A DNA stretch of 24,000 bases, from assembly GCA_964448675.1 (NCBI GenBank), contig CAYUZU010000013.1, positions 53,328 to 77,327 on the forward strand. Direction: 5' to 3'. Source of the stretch: an uncultured Planctomycetales bacterium. GTDB taxonomy: Bacteria; Planctomycetota; Phycisphaerae; UBA1845; Fen-1342. Numbering within the stretch: the stretch's first letter is position 1; each line of letters begins with the position of its first letter. Of the stretch, positions 7,977 through 15,779 are shown piece after piece. The position numbers were made by a program, and so were the translations under genes. Under the pieces are notes generated by a model. The model saw only the letters and a list, made by a program, of their open reading frames with translations. It was not told where the DNA came from and ran no database searches.

Positions 7977-9396
7977 CGGCGACCCTCCAGATATTGCCGG
8001 CCCCCATCGTGATGATCACGTCGTCGCGCCGCACGGCGTTCGCGAGCAGCTCGGTGATGGCATCGAAGTCGCCGATGTGCCGCGCGCGGCCGCCATCAAA
8101 GCAGATCGCGTCGACCAGGTCCTGGGCGCAGACGAGCTCACGCTCGCGCTGGCTGTCACGGACGAAGTAGATGTCCGGTACGATCACTTCATCCGCATCC
8201 GAGAAGCTGCGGGCGAAGTCCGTGAGCAGGAAGCGGGTGCGCGAATGCTGGTGCGGCTGAAAGATGCACCACAGGCGCCGCGGGCGATAGCGCTGGCGGG
8301 CCGCCTGCAATGTGGCGCGAATCTCCGTCGGATGGTGCGCGTAGTCGTCCAGCACGCGAATCCCCCCGGGCGTGCCGCGCAGCTCCAGGCGCCGCCGGGC
8401 ACCACGAAACGTCGCCAGCCCTTCGCTGATCGCGTCCCACGGCACGCCGGCGCGGTGCGCCACCGCGATCACGGCCAGTGCGTTATCGACGTTGTGCCGC
8501 CCGGGCAAGCCCAGGTGCACACGGCCCCGGCGCTGGTCGCGCTGGTGCACGTCGAACGCATAGCGGCCGTCTTCGACCTCCAGCCGCGACGCACGCCACG
8601 TGACGTCCGGGCCGACGCCCACGGTCTCGGTCGGACACGTGACCGTCCCGGCCACCTCATGGCAGCGCAGGTCGTCGCCGTTGATCACGAGCAGCCCGTC
8701 AGTCGGCACGCGCGCCGCGAACGCCGCGAACGCCTGCTGAATGGCGTCGACGTCCTTGTAGTAGTCCAGATGATCTTCCTCGATATTGAGAATCACGCCG
8801 ACGCGCGGCCGCAACTGCAGGAAGGACCCCTCGTACTCGCAGGCCTCGGCCAGGAAGTGGGGGCCGTCGCCGACGCCGCTGCCACCGTCCAGCTGCTCCA
8901 CCGTTGCGCCCACAATGAACGTCGGATCGAGCCCGGCGCTCTTCAGCGTGTACGCGAGCCACGCGGTCGTCGTGCTCTTGCCATGGGTTCCCGCGATGGC
9001 AACACCTTCCTGCCGCTTCATGAGCTGCCCCAGCAGCTCGGCATAGCGGATCACCGGAACCCCGCGGCGGTGCGCCTCCAGCCGCTCGGGATGATCCGCC
9101 TGGATCGCCGCCGAAATCACGACGAGGGTCGCATTGTGCGGGATGGCATCGGCCGACTGGTTGGTGCAGACCTTGGCGCCGCGCTCGGCGAGGCGCGTCA
9201 GCTCCATGCTGGCGCGCAGGTCACTGCCGGTTACCACCGCCCCGCGCCGCATCAGCATGTGCGCCAGGCCGGACATGCCACATCCGCCGATGCCGACCAT
9301 GTGCACGCGCAGCTGGTCGAATCGCTCCGGGATTTCGCAGGCGGAAGGTCGTGAAAACGTGGTGGCTGCCGGGGTATGTGTCAACGTGGTGGCCAT
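7936..9396 (-). CDS. murC: UDP-N-acetylmuramate--L-alanine ligase
   Basis: Motifs VHMVGIGGCGMSGLAHML (N-terminal Rossmann), IAGTHGKSTTTAWL (Mur ligase P-loop) and LDDYAHHPTEI. ATG at 9396. TGA at 7936-7938 overlaps the murB start by 41 nt. Confidence 0.92.
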   Translation of the reverse strand: MATTLTHTPAATTFSRPSACEIPERFDQLRVHMVGIGGCGMSGLAHMLMRRGAVVTGSDLRASMELTRLAERGAKVCTNQSADAIPHNATLVVISAAIQADHPERLEAHRRGVPVIRYAELLGQLMKRQEGVAIAGTHGKSTTTAWLAYTLKSAGLDPTFIVGATVEQLDGGSGVGDGPHFLAEACEYEGSFLQLRPRVGVILNIEEDHLDYYKDVDAIQQAFAAFAARVPTDGLLVINGDDLRCHEVAGTVTCPTETVGVGPDVTWRASRLEVEDGRYAFDVHQRDQRRGRVHLGLPGRHNVDNALAVIAVAHRAGVPWDAISEGLATFRGARRRLELRGTPGGIRVLDDYAHHPTEIRATLQAARQRYRPRRLWCIFQPHQHSRTRFLLTDFARSFSDADEVIVPDIYFVRDSQRERELVCAQDLVDAICFDGGRARHIGDFDAITELLANAVRRDDVIITMGAGNIWRVADAVVQRLGADLPA

Positions 9397-9560
9397 CGAT
9401 CACCATCCTGGCGTCTGCTTCGCGAGCGATGAATGCCCCACCCGACAGCGGCGGCACAACACCGATCCACCGCCGTTCATCGGCGATACTCACCACTCTT
9501 CCGTGGCGCGGCTGATTCGCCCTCCGTGGCAAACCGACACAGTCCGCGACCGGTGGCCGC

Positions 9561-9588
9561 ATTGTAGCATCTACCCGCGAAAGTCCAA
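9561..9588 (-). promoter_or_regulatory. candidate sigma70-like promoter for the murC operon
   Basis: The minus strand reads TTGGAC (complement of 9583-9588), a 16-nt spacer, then TACAAT (complement of 9561-9566). It lies about 165 nt upstream of the murC ATG, inside the 317-nt gap after the preceding gene. Pattern match only; promoter consensus in this lineage is unknown. Confidence 0.3.
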
Positions 9589-9713
9589 CCGGCACGTACG
9601 GGCATTCTGCGCCGCGACCGACAGCGCGAAGGCCGCCCCCCGTCGCGTCCTGCGCCTCGCAGGTTTTGCGCCCCCTGTGTGCAGCCGGACCCGACCGGTC
9701 ACCGCGCGGCCGC

Positions 9714-10268
9714 TTAGGGCTGCTTCGCCTTGAATGAAGTGCTCATCGCCAACTTCCAGTGCTGGAGGAGCGTGGCGAGCGCCCAGATCGTCGTGATGGC
9801 ATACGCACCCGCCGCCCCGTAGAAGTAGTACTGGTAGGTTCCCGAGGCGTCCGCCGCGGCTTCCGACCACAGCAGGTGCAGGGCAAGGGCGATCGAGAGA
9901 AAGTAATAGGCGAAGAAGATGACGATGAAGCACGCCGAGAAATGGCGGTCCATCAGGCGCAGCTCGGGGCGCGATTCGAGCCAGGATTCCCACCCCGGCA
10001 TGAAATCGACATCCTTCTCCACGAACTCGCGGATGTAGCGTCCGGCCCGCATCATCTGGCTCTGCTGGGTCAGGAAGAGCACGATCAGCACCAGCACGAA
10101 GAACGGCAGGATGATGCCGGTGCGACTGCTCGCACTGATCAGGAAGTAGCTCAGCAATGGCAGGCCCAGCAGGCCGATCACCACGATCCAGAAAAGGCGC
10201 ATCTGCTGGCCTTCGATCTCGCGACGGAGCGAGATGAATTCCTGCATGACGAAGGCGTTACGATCCAT
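9714..10268 (-). CDS. hypothetical membrane protein (184 aa, ~4 TM helices), locally lower G+C
   Basis: ATG at 10268 with GGAGA 6 nt upstream on the minus strand. The track ORF start at 10313 is a TTG without an SD. N-terminal amphipathic MDRNAFVMQEFISLRREIEGQQ, then TM segments LFWIVVIGLLGLPLLSYFLI, IILPFFVLVLIVLFL, FSACFIVIFFAYYFLSIALALHLL and AAGAYAITTIWALATLL. No family recognised. Confidence 0.6.
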   Translation of the reverse strand: MDRNAFVMQEFISLRREIEGQQMRLFWIVVIGLLGLPLLSYFLISASSRTGIILPFFVLVLIVLFLTQQSQMMRAGRYIREFVEKDVDFMPGWESWLESRPELRLMDRHFSACFIVIFFAYYFLSIALALHLLWSEAAADASGTYQYYFYGAAGAYAITTIWALATLLQHWKLAMSTSFKAKQP

Positions 10269-10562
10269 GACGTTTCTCCGCACATTGGAATGCCCGTTCG
10301 AGCGGCGCACCAACCAGGTGCCCGCCCGCCGGACATGCGAATCACAACGATGGGTGAACGGACGGCACTTGCGGCCACACCTCCCGATAGCGTAAGCAGA
10401 TCCACCGCTGCCGCCAAGCCGGGCGGCACGGCCGCCCCATCAGCGGCCGCGGGGCAGCTCCCCGACCCGTGCGCGGTAAGCAGCCCGGGGCCACCCCGGT
10501 AGCCCCGAACCCGGGTCGGCCGGGAAACGGCGCAGCCACTGCCCCAACCGCGGGATGACCGC

Positions 10563-10568
10563 TATAAT
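10563..10568 (+). promoter_or_regulatory. perfect TATAAT hexamer, candidate -10 element for the PEP-CTERM gene
   Basis: gcTATAATcc at 10563-10568, about 49 nt upstream of the ATG at 10617. SD-like AAGGAG and GAGGAG follow. A perfect TATAAT is conspicuous in this GC-rich DNA, but no convincing -35 sits 17 nt upstream. Confidence 0.3.
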
Positions 10569-10616
10569 CCCGACGGTGGCGGGCCCACATGTCCAAGGAG
10601 ACGAGGAGAAAGCACC

Positions 10617-11501
10617 ATGACCAGAATTTCGGCGATCACTATTTCCATGTTCTTGTCGGCAGCGGTCGTGCACGCCGGCATCCTGGACGGGCAGAACATC
10701 CAGGCGGACGCCGCGGCCGACGGCCTCACCCTGCTGGCCGCCCAGGACACCCAGACCGCGTTCGGCGACTCGCCCGGCGGACAGGACTCGCCCGGCGGCA
10801 GCGAACTCGATCTGCTCTACGGGAGCCTCGGCGGCGGCAACCTCAACCTGGGCCTCGCGGGAAACCTCGAAGGGAACTTCAATAAGCTCTGGATCTTCTT
10901 TGACGCGGTCCCGGGCGGCGAGAATGTCCTGCTGGACGATAACGAAGACGGCGGCTTTGGCGAGATCAACGCCATGGCCGGCCTGACGTTCGACAGCGGG
11001 TTCGAACCGGACCACGGCCTGCGATTCGAGGTCGGCGGCGGATTCCTCGGCGTCCGCTATTTCGACCTGATCGACAACGTTGGCGGCGACATCAGCACGG
11101 GTGGCGGCACGGGCGACCTGCCCACGGGCCCGGTCGCCGGCGCGTTGGGCGTGACCTGGGGCTGGGACAACGGCAACGCCCTGGGCGTTGAGGGTGGCAC
11201 CGGGCCCGCACTCAACGACCCGTTCACGGCCGACACCGGCTGGGAACTGCAGATGTCCCTGCTGGACTTCTTCGGCGATGCGGGCATCGGCCAAGTGGGC
11301 GTGGCGGCCTTCATCAGCAGTGGTGACGGCACGTTCCTCGCCAACCAGGTCCTGCCGGGCATCGGCGGCGGCGGCAACCTCGGTGCGCCGGCCGACGTCG
11401 ATTTCGCCAGCATCGCCGGCGACCAGTTCGCGGTCATTCCCGAGCCGCTGAGCGTACTCTCGCTGGGGCTGGGGGCGCTCATGCTGCTGCGCCGCCGCTA
11501 G
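10617..11501 (+). CDS. PEP-CTERM sorting-domain secreted protein (294 aa, Gly/Asp-rich)
   Basis: N-terminal signal peptide MTRISAITISMFLSAAVVHAG. The C-terminus FAVIPEPLSVLSLGLGALMLLRRR (nt 11427-11498) is the canonical PEP motif, hydrophobic helix and Arg cluster of exosortase substrates. GAGGAG lies 8 nt before the ATG. Confidence 0.85.
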   Translation: MTRISAITISMFLSAAVVHAGILDGQNIQADAAADGLTLLAAQDTQTAFGDSPGGQDSPGGSELDLLYGSLGGGNLNLGLAGNLEGNFNKLWIFFDAVPGGENVLLDDNEDGGFGEINAMAGLTFDSGFEPDHGLRFEVGGGFLGVRYFDLIDNVGGDISTGGGTGDLPTGPVAGALGVTWGWDNGNALGVEGGTGPALNDPFTADTGWELQMSLLDFFGDAGIGQVGVAAFISSGDGTFLANQVLPGIGGGGNLGAPADVDFASIAGDQFAVIPEPLSVLSLGLGALMLLRRR

Positions 11502-11572
11502 CCCGTCGATTGCATCGGATTCGGTTCACAACGCCAACGCTCGTGTCGACGCCCTGAGTACTGGTCTCGGAC

Positions 11573-11604
11573 CTCGGGCGCCGGCCCGGGCGTTTCTTCT
11601 CTTT
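11573..11604 (+). terminator. rho-independent-type terminator after the PEP-CTERM gene
   Basis: CTCGGGC (11573-11579), loop GCCG, GGCCCGGG arm (GCCCGGG at 11584-11590): a 7-bp stem with one G-U pair. It is followed by CG and TTTCTTCTCTTT (11593-11604). Confidence 0.5.
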
Positions 11605-11758
11605 CAGGCCGCCGCCAGTGCGCGAGGGCGCGCCGGGAAGCGCGCCGCCTCATGGGCCGGCCGACCTGATTCACCGCGCGCCTCGCGGCGTCTGCTTTCC
11701 GTTGCTGCGGTTTTCCCCTAGGCTTAGTCGCGTGCCGACAGACCAGCCGGGAAACGGA

Positions 11759-14425
11759 ATGGCCGAGCAGAGCAGGCAGGCAGCCGCACAACCCCCCGCG
11801 CACCCACGGCGCCGGCACTGCGCCCGGGCCGGCCTCATGCTCAGCCTCCTCGTGCTCGCGGCGGCCTACTTCCTCATCAGCCCGCGGGCCGATCAGACCT
11901 ACCCCGGAACCATCCCGTGGCGCGAGACCTCGCTCCTGCGACCCGTGATCGATGCGCTCGCGCTGGGTGGCCTGCTCGAGACGATGCGCGGCGTCGAAAT
12001 CAAAACCGTCGCCCTGCACCTGGCCGCGGTGATCGCCCTGCTTGCCGTCGGGCTGTGCCAGTGCGCCGGCCGGGGCGCGCAACACGCCGGCCGCATCGCC
12101 TGGACCGTGCGCTACGCCCAGGTGCTCCTCGCCGGTTGGGTGCTGCTGTCGCTGCTGAGCAGCCTCTGGTCAGACGCCCCGAGCTTCGCGCGCGGCCAGG
12201 CGGCCCTGTACGCGCTGCAATTCGCCTGGGCCGTGGCACTGGCCCACCTGTTCGAGCGGCGCCACCTATTGTCGTTTCTTGTCGGCACGGCCGCGATCGC
12301 CGCCGGGGCGGGCCTGCTGTGTGCGTGGTATTACTTCGAGCGCAACCCCTTTCACCGGCCGGGCTTCCCGCTGGGCAACCCAAGCCTGCTGGCTGCCGCC
12401 ATGCTGCCCGGTGCACTCGCGGCAGCGGCCCTGGTCGCCCGCACCGTCCACGCCGCGCTGCTCAAACACCGCCCGCTGCCGCTGCGAAGCGGCGTGTTTG
12501 CGCTGGTGGCGCTGCTGCCGATCCTGGGGTGCCTGAGCCTGACGTTTTCGCGCGGGGCGCTGCTCGCGCTGACGGTCGGGTTGCTGCTCATGGTGCTCTA
12601 CCTGCTCGGTCGTCGGCTGCGCTGGATGCTGGGGAGCGCGTTCGTCGTCGGGCTGCTAATCGCGGGCGGCACCTGGTTCTATGTTTCGCAGCACGACGTC
12701 ACGATGGCCCGCGGCGCGTCGCTGCGCTTCCGCATCTATGCCTGGCGCTACGCGGCCCAGTTCTGGCAAACGCGGCCCTTCGAAGGACATGGCGCCGGCG
12801 CTTATCCGCGCGTCGCCGGTCAGCTTGCCGTTAGCGACCGCGCACTCGACCCGGCCGCCTTCATGGCCGAGATCGTCGAGCACGCCCACAACGAAGTCTT
12901 CGAAGTGCTCACCGAGATCGGCCTCGTCGGCGGCGTCACTTACGTGGGCGGGTTGCTCGCCACATTCGTCGCTGCGGCCGCGCTGATTCGTCGTACGCGT
13001 GACCCGGCGGAGCGCTGGCTGCTGCTGGCAATGGTGACCGGCTTCGCGGCGCTGCTCGTCGACGCGATGGTCGGGGTGGCACCGCGCCTGCCAGGCGGCG
13101 GCGCCGTGTTCTTCACGATGCTGGGCGTGCTGTGGGGCACCTGCCGCAGCACCCCGCGCGAATCGCCCGCGCCCGCGCCACCCGTCGCGCACCGCCCCGG
13201 CGCGCACGGGATCCTGACGGCACTCGTCTGTCTCCTCGCGGCGATCGGCGCCGCGTGGCTGACCGCACAGAACTTCGCCGGCCTCCAGTACGAACGCGCT
13301 GCGCTCGCCCACGAGCAGCAGGGCAGCCTTGACGCCGCGCTGCAGGCCGCTCACGCCGCCGAGACGCGCCTGCTCGATCCGGTCCGCAAAGTCGCGGCCC
13401 GCCGGGCGGCGTTGCGTTACCGCGCGTCACTCGCCCAGCAGGCCGCCCTCGCGTTGTCCCAGGCACCCGACGCGACCGCCGCCGAGCAGCGCTGGCATCG
13501 CGCCGTCACCGCCGCCGAGCGCACGTACGCGGCCGCCCTGCGCCTGCGGGAAAAGGTGCCGGCGTTGACGCACAGCGACGCCACCGCCGCCTGGGCCGCC
13601 GAGGTGCTGCGCGAATTGCACCGCCAGCGTGATCCACAAACCGCCACCCAATGGCACCGCCTGGCGGAGTTGTCGTGGCGCAACCAGCAGCGCCGCACTC
13701 CCTATGACGTGGCGACGCTGCTGGCGCTCACGCGTTACCCCGCCACGACCGCCACGCACATCGGGCAGCTATGCGATGCACTGCGTTTTGGCGCGGTAGA
13801 CGCGGACTGGCTCGGCGCCCTGCAGCGCATCGCGCAGAAACCGGATTTCGCCCAGCGCCTGTCGGATTTCGTCGCGATGGCCGGCCCGATCACGGACGAA
13901 ACGGATGTCGACACGCTGGTCGCGTCGCGCGCGCCGGAGATCTACCGTCTCGTCGCGGCCTGGCGCGCCATGGACAGCGAATACCGGGCGGCGGCGGCGT
14001 ACGCGGCCCACGCAGCCGAACTGTACGTCCCGCTGCAAGCGCGGTTCCCCACGTTGCGGGCCAAGGCCCTGCGGGAGCAGGCCGACTACCTGCTGCACGC
14101 CAGTCCGGAACACGCCCCCCGCGCCGCGGCGCTGCTGCGTCAGGCCCTCGATGCGTTGCCGCCGATCCAGACACAGCAGTACGACGAACTCGCGCGGCCA
14201 TATCGCGAAGACCTCGTCGCGTGCCTGCTCGTCGCGGGCGAACTCGACGAGGCCATCGCACTGGCCGCCGCCGCGCTCGGCGAGGACGACCCCGATCCCG
14301 CGCAGGTCGAGCAGGTCCTGCAGCGCCAACTGCACGCGGCCGCGCTCGCTGGTGTTCCCAATGAGCGCTTGTGGGAGATCGCCGGTGAATTGTGCCCGCG
14401 TTTCCCGACGTTCTGCGAACCCTGA
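11759..14425 (+). CDS. O-antigen ligase (Wzy_C/WaaL-like) family polytopic membrane protein fused to a ~385-aa Ala-rich helical (TPR-like) C-terminal domain
   Basis: Motifs typical of the O-antigen ligase family: LSLTFSRGALLALTVGLLLM, then the periplasmic-loop motif HAHNEVFEVLTEIGLVGG. More than 10 TM helices up to about nt 13270. I prefer the ATG at 11759 over the track GTG at 11618. GC3 is about 73 percent for 11618-11758 and about 87 percent just after 11759 by hand count. The upstream terminator also ends only 14 nt before 11618. Confidence 0.8.
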   Translation: MAEQSRQAAAQPPAHPRRRHCARAGLMLSLLVLAAAYFLISPRADQTYPGTIPWRETSLLRPVIDALALGGLLETMRGVEIKTVALHLAAVIALLAVGLCQCAGRGAQHAGRIAWTVRYAQVLLAGWVLLSLLSSLWSDAPSFARGQAALYALQFAWAVALAHLFERRHLLSFLVGTAAIAAGAGLLCAWYYFERNPFHRPGFPLGNPSLLAAAMLPGALAAAALVARTVHAALLKHRPLPLRSGVFALVALLPILGCLSLTFSRGALLALTVGLLLMVLYLLGRRLRWMLGSAFVVGLLIAGGTWFYVSQHDVTMARGASLRFRIYAWRYAAQFWQTRPFEGHGAGAYPRVAGQLAVSDRALDPAAFMAEIVEHAHNEVFEVLTEIGLVGGVTYVGGLLATFVAAAALIRRTRDPAERWLLLAMVTGFAALLVDAMVGVAPRLPGGGAVFFTMLGVLWGTCRSTPRESPAPAPPVAHRPGAHGILTALVCLLAAIGAAWLTAQNFAGLQYERAALAHEQQGSLDAALQAAHAAETRLLDPVRKVAARRAALRYRASLAQQAALALSQAPDATAAEQRWHRAVTAAERTYAAALRLREKVPALTHSDATAAWAAEVLRELHRQRDPQTATQWHRLAELSWRNQQRRTPYDVATLLALTRYPATTATHIGQLCDALRFGAVDADWLGALQRIAQKPDFAQRLSDFVAMAGPITDETDVDTLVASRAPEIYRLVAAWRAMDSEYRAAAAYAAHAAELYVPLQARFPTLRAKALREQADYLLHASPEHAPRAAALLRQALDALPPIQTQQYDELARPYREDLVACLLVAGELDEAIALAAAALGEDDPDPAQVEQVLQRQLHAAALAGVPNERLWEIAGELCPRFPTFCEP

Positions 14426-14498
14426 TTCCCAACGGTCCGCGACGCCGCTATGCTCGGCGCTTTCGCCGAACCACTACCCGCCACCGAGGAGGTTTCCC

Positions 14499-15668
14499 AT
14501 GCAGCTCGGTTACTCGTCCCTCGCGTCCCTGGCCTACATTCGCGAATTCAAGTCCAGGCGTTGCAGTAGCTACGACCGCACCGGCGGCAACTTCGACTGG
14601 GTGGTCGTCAAGCCCGGCAAGAAGCACGTGCTGGCCGACATTGACGGCCCCGGCTGCATCAAGCACATCTGGTGCACCGACAGCCTGGCCCATCTGCGCG
14701 ACGCCATGCGCTCCACCGTGCTGCGCATGTGGTGGGACGGCGAGAAGACCCCCAGTGTCGAGGTGCCGCTGGCCGACTTTTTCGGCGGGGGGTTCGGCAT
14801 CTGCAAGAACTTCTGGTCGCTGCCCCTGACGATGAACCCCGATAGCGGCCGCGCGATGAACTGCTGGTTCCCCATGCCGTTCAAGCGGCATGCCCGCATC
14901 GAAATCGAGAACGAATGGAACGCCGAGCAAAACCTCTACTACTACATCGATTACGAGCTGTACCCCGCGTGGGAAACCGACCTCGCCTACTTCCACGCCC
15001 AGTGGCGTCGCGAGAACCCCACCAAGGGCTGGGGCCGCAAGGACATCAAGGGCCCGGAAAACGTCGAGAACCTGCGGGCCGCCTGGAAAACGCCCAACAC
15101 GACCGGTGCCGAGAACTACGTGATTCTCGACACACGCGGCAAGGGGCAGTATGTCGGCTGCCATCTCGACGTGGACTGCTTTCAGCGCGAGAAGAACGAC
15201 TGGTACGGCGAAGGCGACGACATGATCTTCATCGATGGCGAGCCCTGGCCACCAAGCTTGCACGGGACCGGCAGCGAGGACTACTTCTCAACCGCTTACT
15301 GCCCGCGGACCGAGTACAGCTCGCCCTACAGCGGCATTACGCAATACAGCGGCACCGAACCGACCGACGATCCGACGCAGTGCTGGCCCTTCCGCGGCAA
15401 GAACTCGCTCTATCGTTTCCATGTCGAAGACCCGATCCGCTTCGACAAGTCAATCAAGGTCACCATCGAACACGGCCATAACAACAAACTGAGCAACGAC
15501 TATTCCAGCACGGCCTACTGGTACCAGTTCGAACCACACGGCCGCTTCCCCAAGTTGCTGCCCCAGCCCAAGCGCCTGGCCCGGCCCGACTATCCGAGCT
15601 TCGTCGCGCTCCCCGGAACACCCGCGGGCCCGCCGGCCGCCGCCAAACAGCGCGGCCGCCGCAAGTAG
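14499..15668 (+). CDS. DUF2961 / glycoside hydrolase family 172-like protein (389 aa)
   Basis: ATG at 14499 with GAGGAGG 7 nt upstream. The upstream part of track ORF 13905..15668 overlaps the previous gene in another frame and is Arg/Pro-rich junk. Motifs as I recall them for DUF2961: SSYDRTGGNFDW, DIDGPGCIKHIWCT, NCWFPMPF and GSEDYF. Confidence 0.75.
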   Translation: MQLGYSSLASLAYIREFKSRRCSSYDRTGGNFDWVVVKPGKKHVLADIDGPGCIKHIWCTDSLAHLRDAMRSTVLRMWWDGEKTPSVEVPLADFFGGGFGICKNFWSLPLTMNPDSGRAMNCWFPMPFKRHARIEIENEWNAEQNLYYYIDYELYPAWETDLAYFHAQWRRENPTKGWGRKDIKGPENVENLRAAWKTPNTTGAENYVILDTRGKGQYVGCHLDVDCFQREKNDWYGEGDDMIFIDGEPWPPSLHGTGSEDYFSTAYCPRTEYSSPYSGITQYSGTEPTDDPTQCWPFRGKNSLYRFHVEDPIRFDKSIKVTIEHGHNNKLSNDYSSTAYWYQFEPHGRFPKLLPQPKRLARPDYPSFVALPGTPAGPPAAAKQRGRRK

Positions 15669-15779
15669 CGGCGCGTTCGGCGCAACGCGTCTGGGCCACG
15701 CTGTGCAACCCACCCGTGGTGTGGGCGTACAAGAGGTTGTACGGGACAACCAGCCAGCCCTTGCCAGAGGAGACCGACC

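Noticed and set aside
9649-9667. Plus-strand hairpin CCTGCG-CCT-CGCAGG followed by TTTT in the gap upstream of murC.
   Set aside because: The stem is only 6 bp with a 3-nt loop. No plus-strand gene or obvious promoter lies upstream to terminate. On the minus strand, where the flanking genes lie, the T-tract is on the wrong side. It is probably fortuitous.
10985-11000. tRNA T-loop-like string GGGTTCGAACCGG, and a similar CTCGAATCC near nt 800.
   Set aside because: Both lie inside well-supported coding frames. No flanking acceptor or anticodon stems could be drawn. They are not tRNA genes.
13905-14498. N-terminal 198 codons of track ORF 13905..15668, which would make the DUF2961 protein 587 aa.
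   Set aside because: This part overlaps the 3' end of the O-antigen-ligase-like gene in another frame and translates to Arg/Ser/Pro-rich junk. A strong GAGGAGG SD precedes the internal ATG at 14499, where the recognisable DUF2961 sequence begins.
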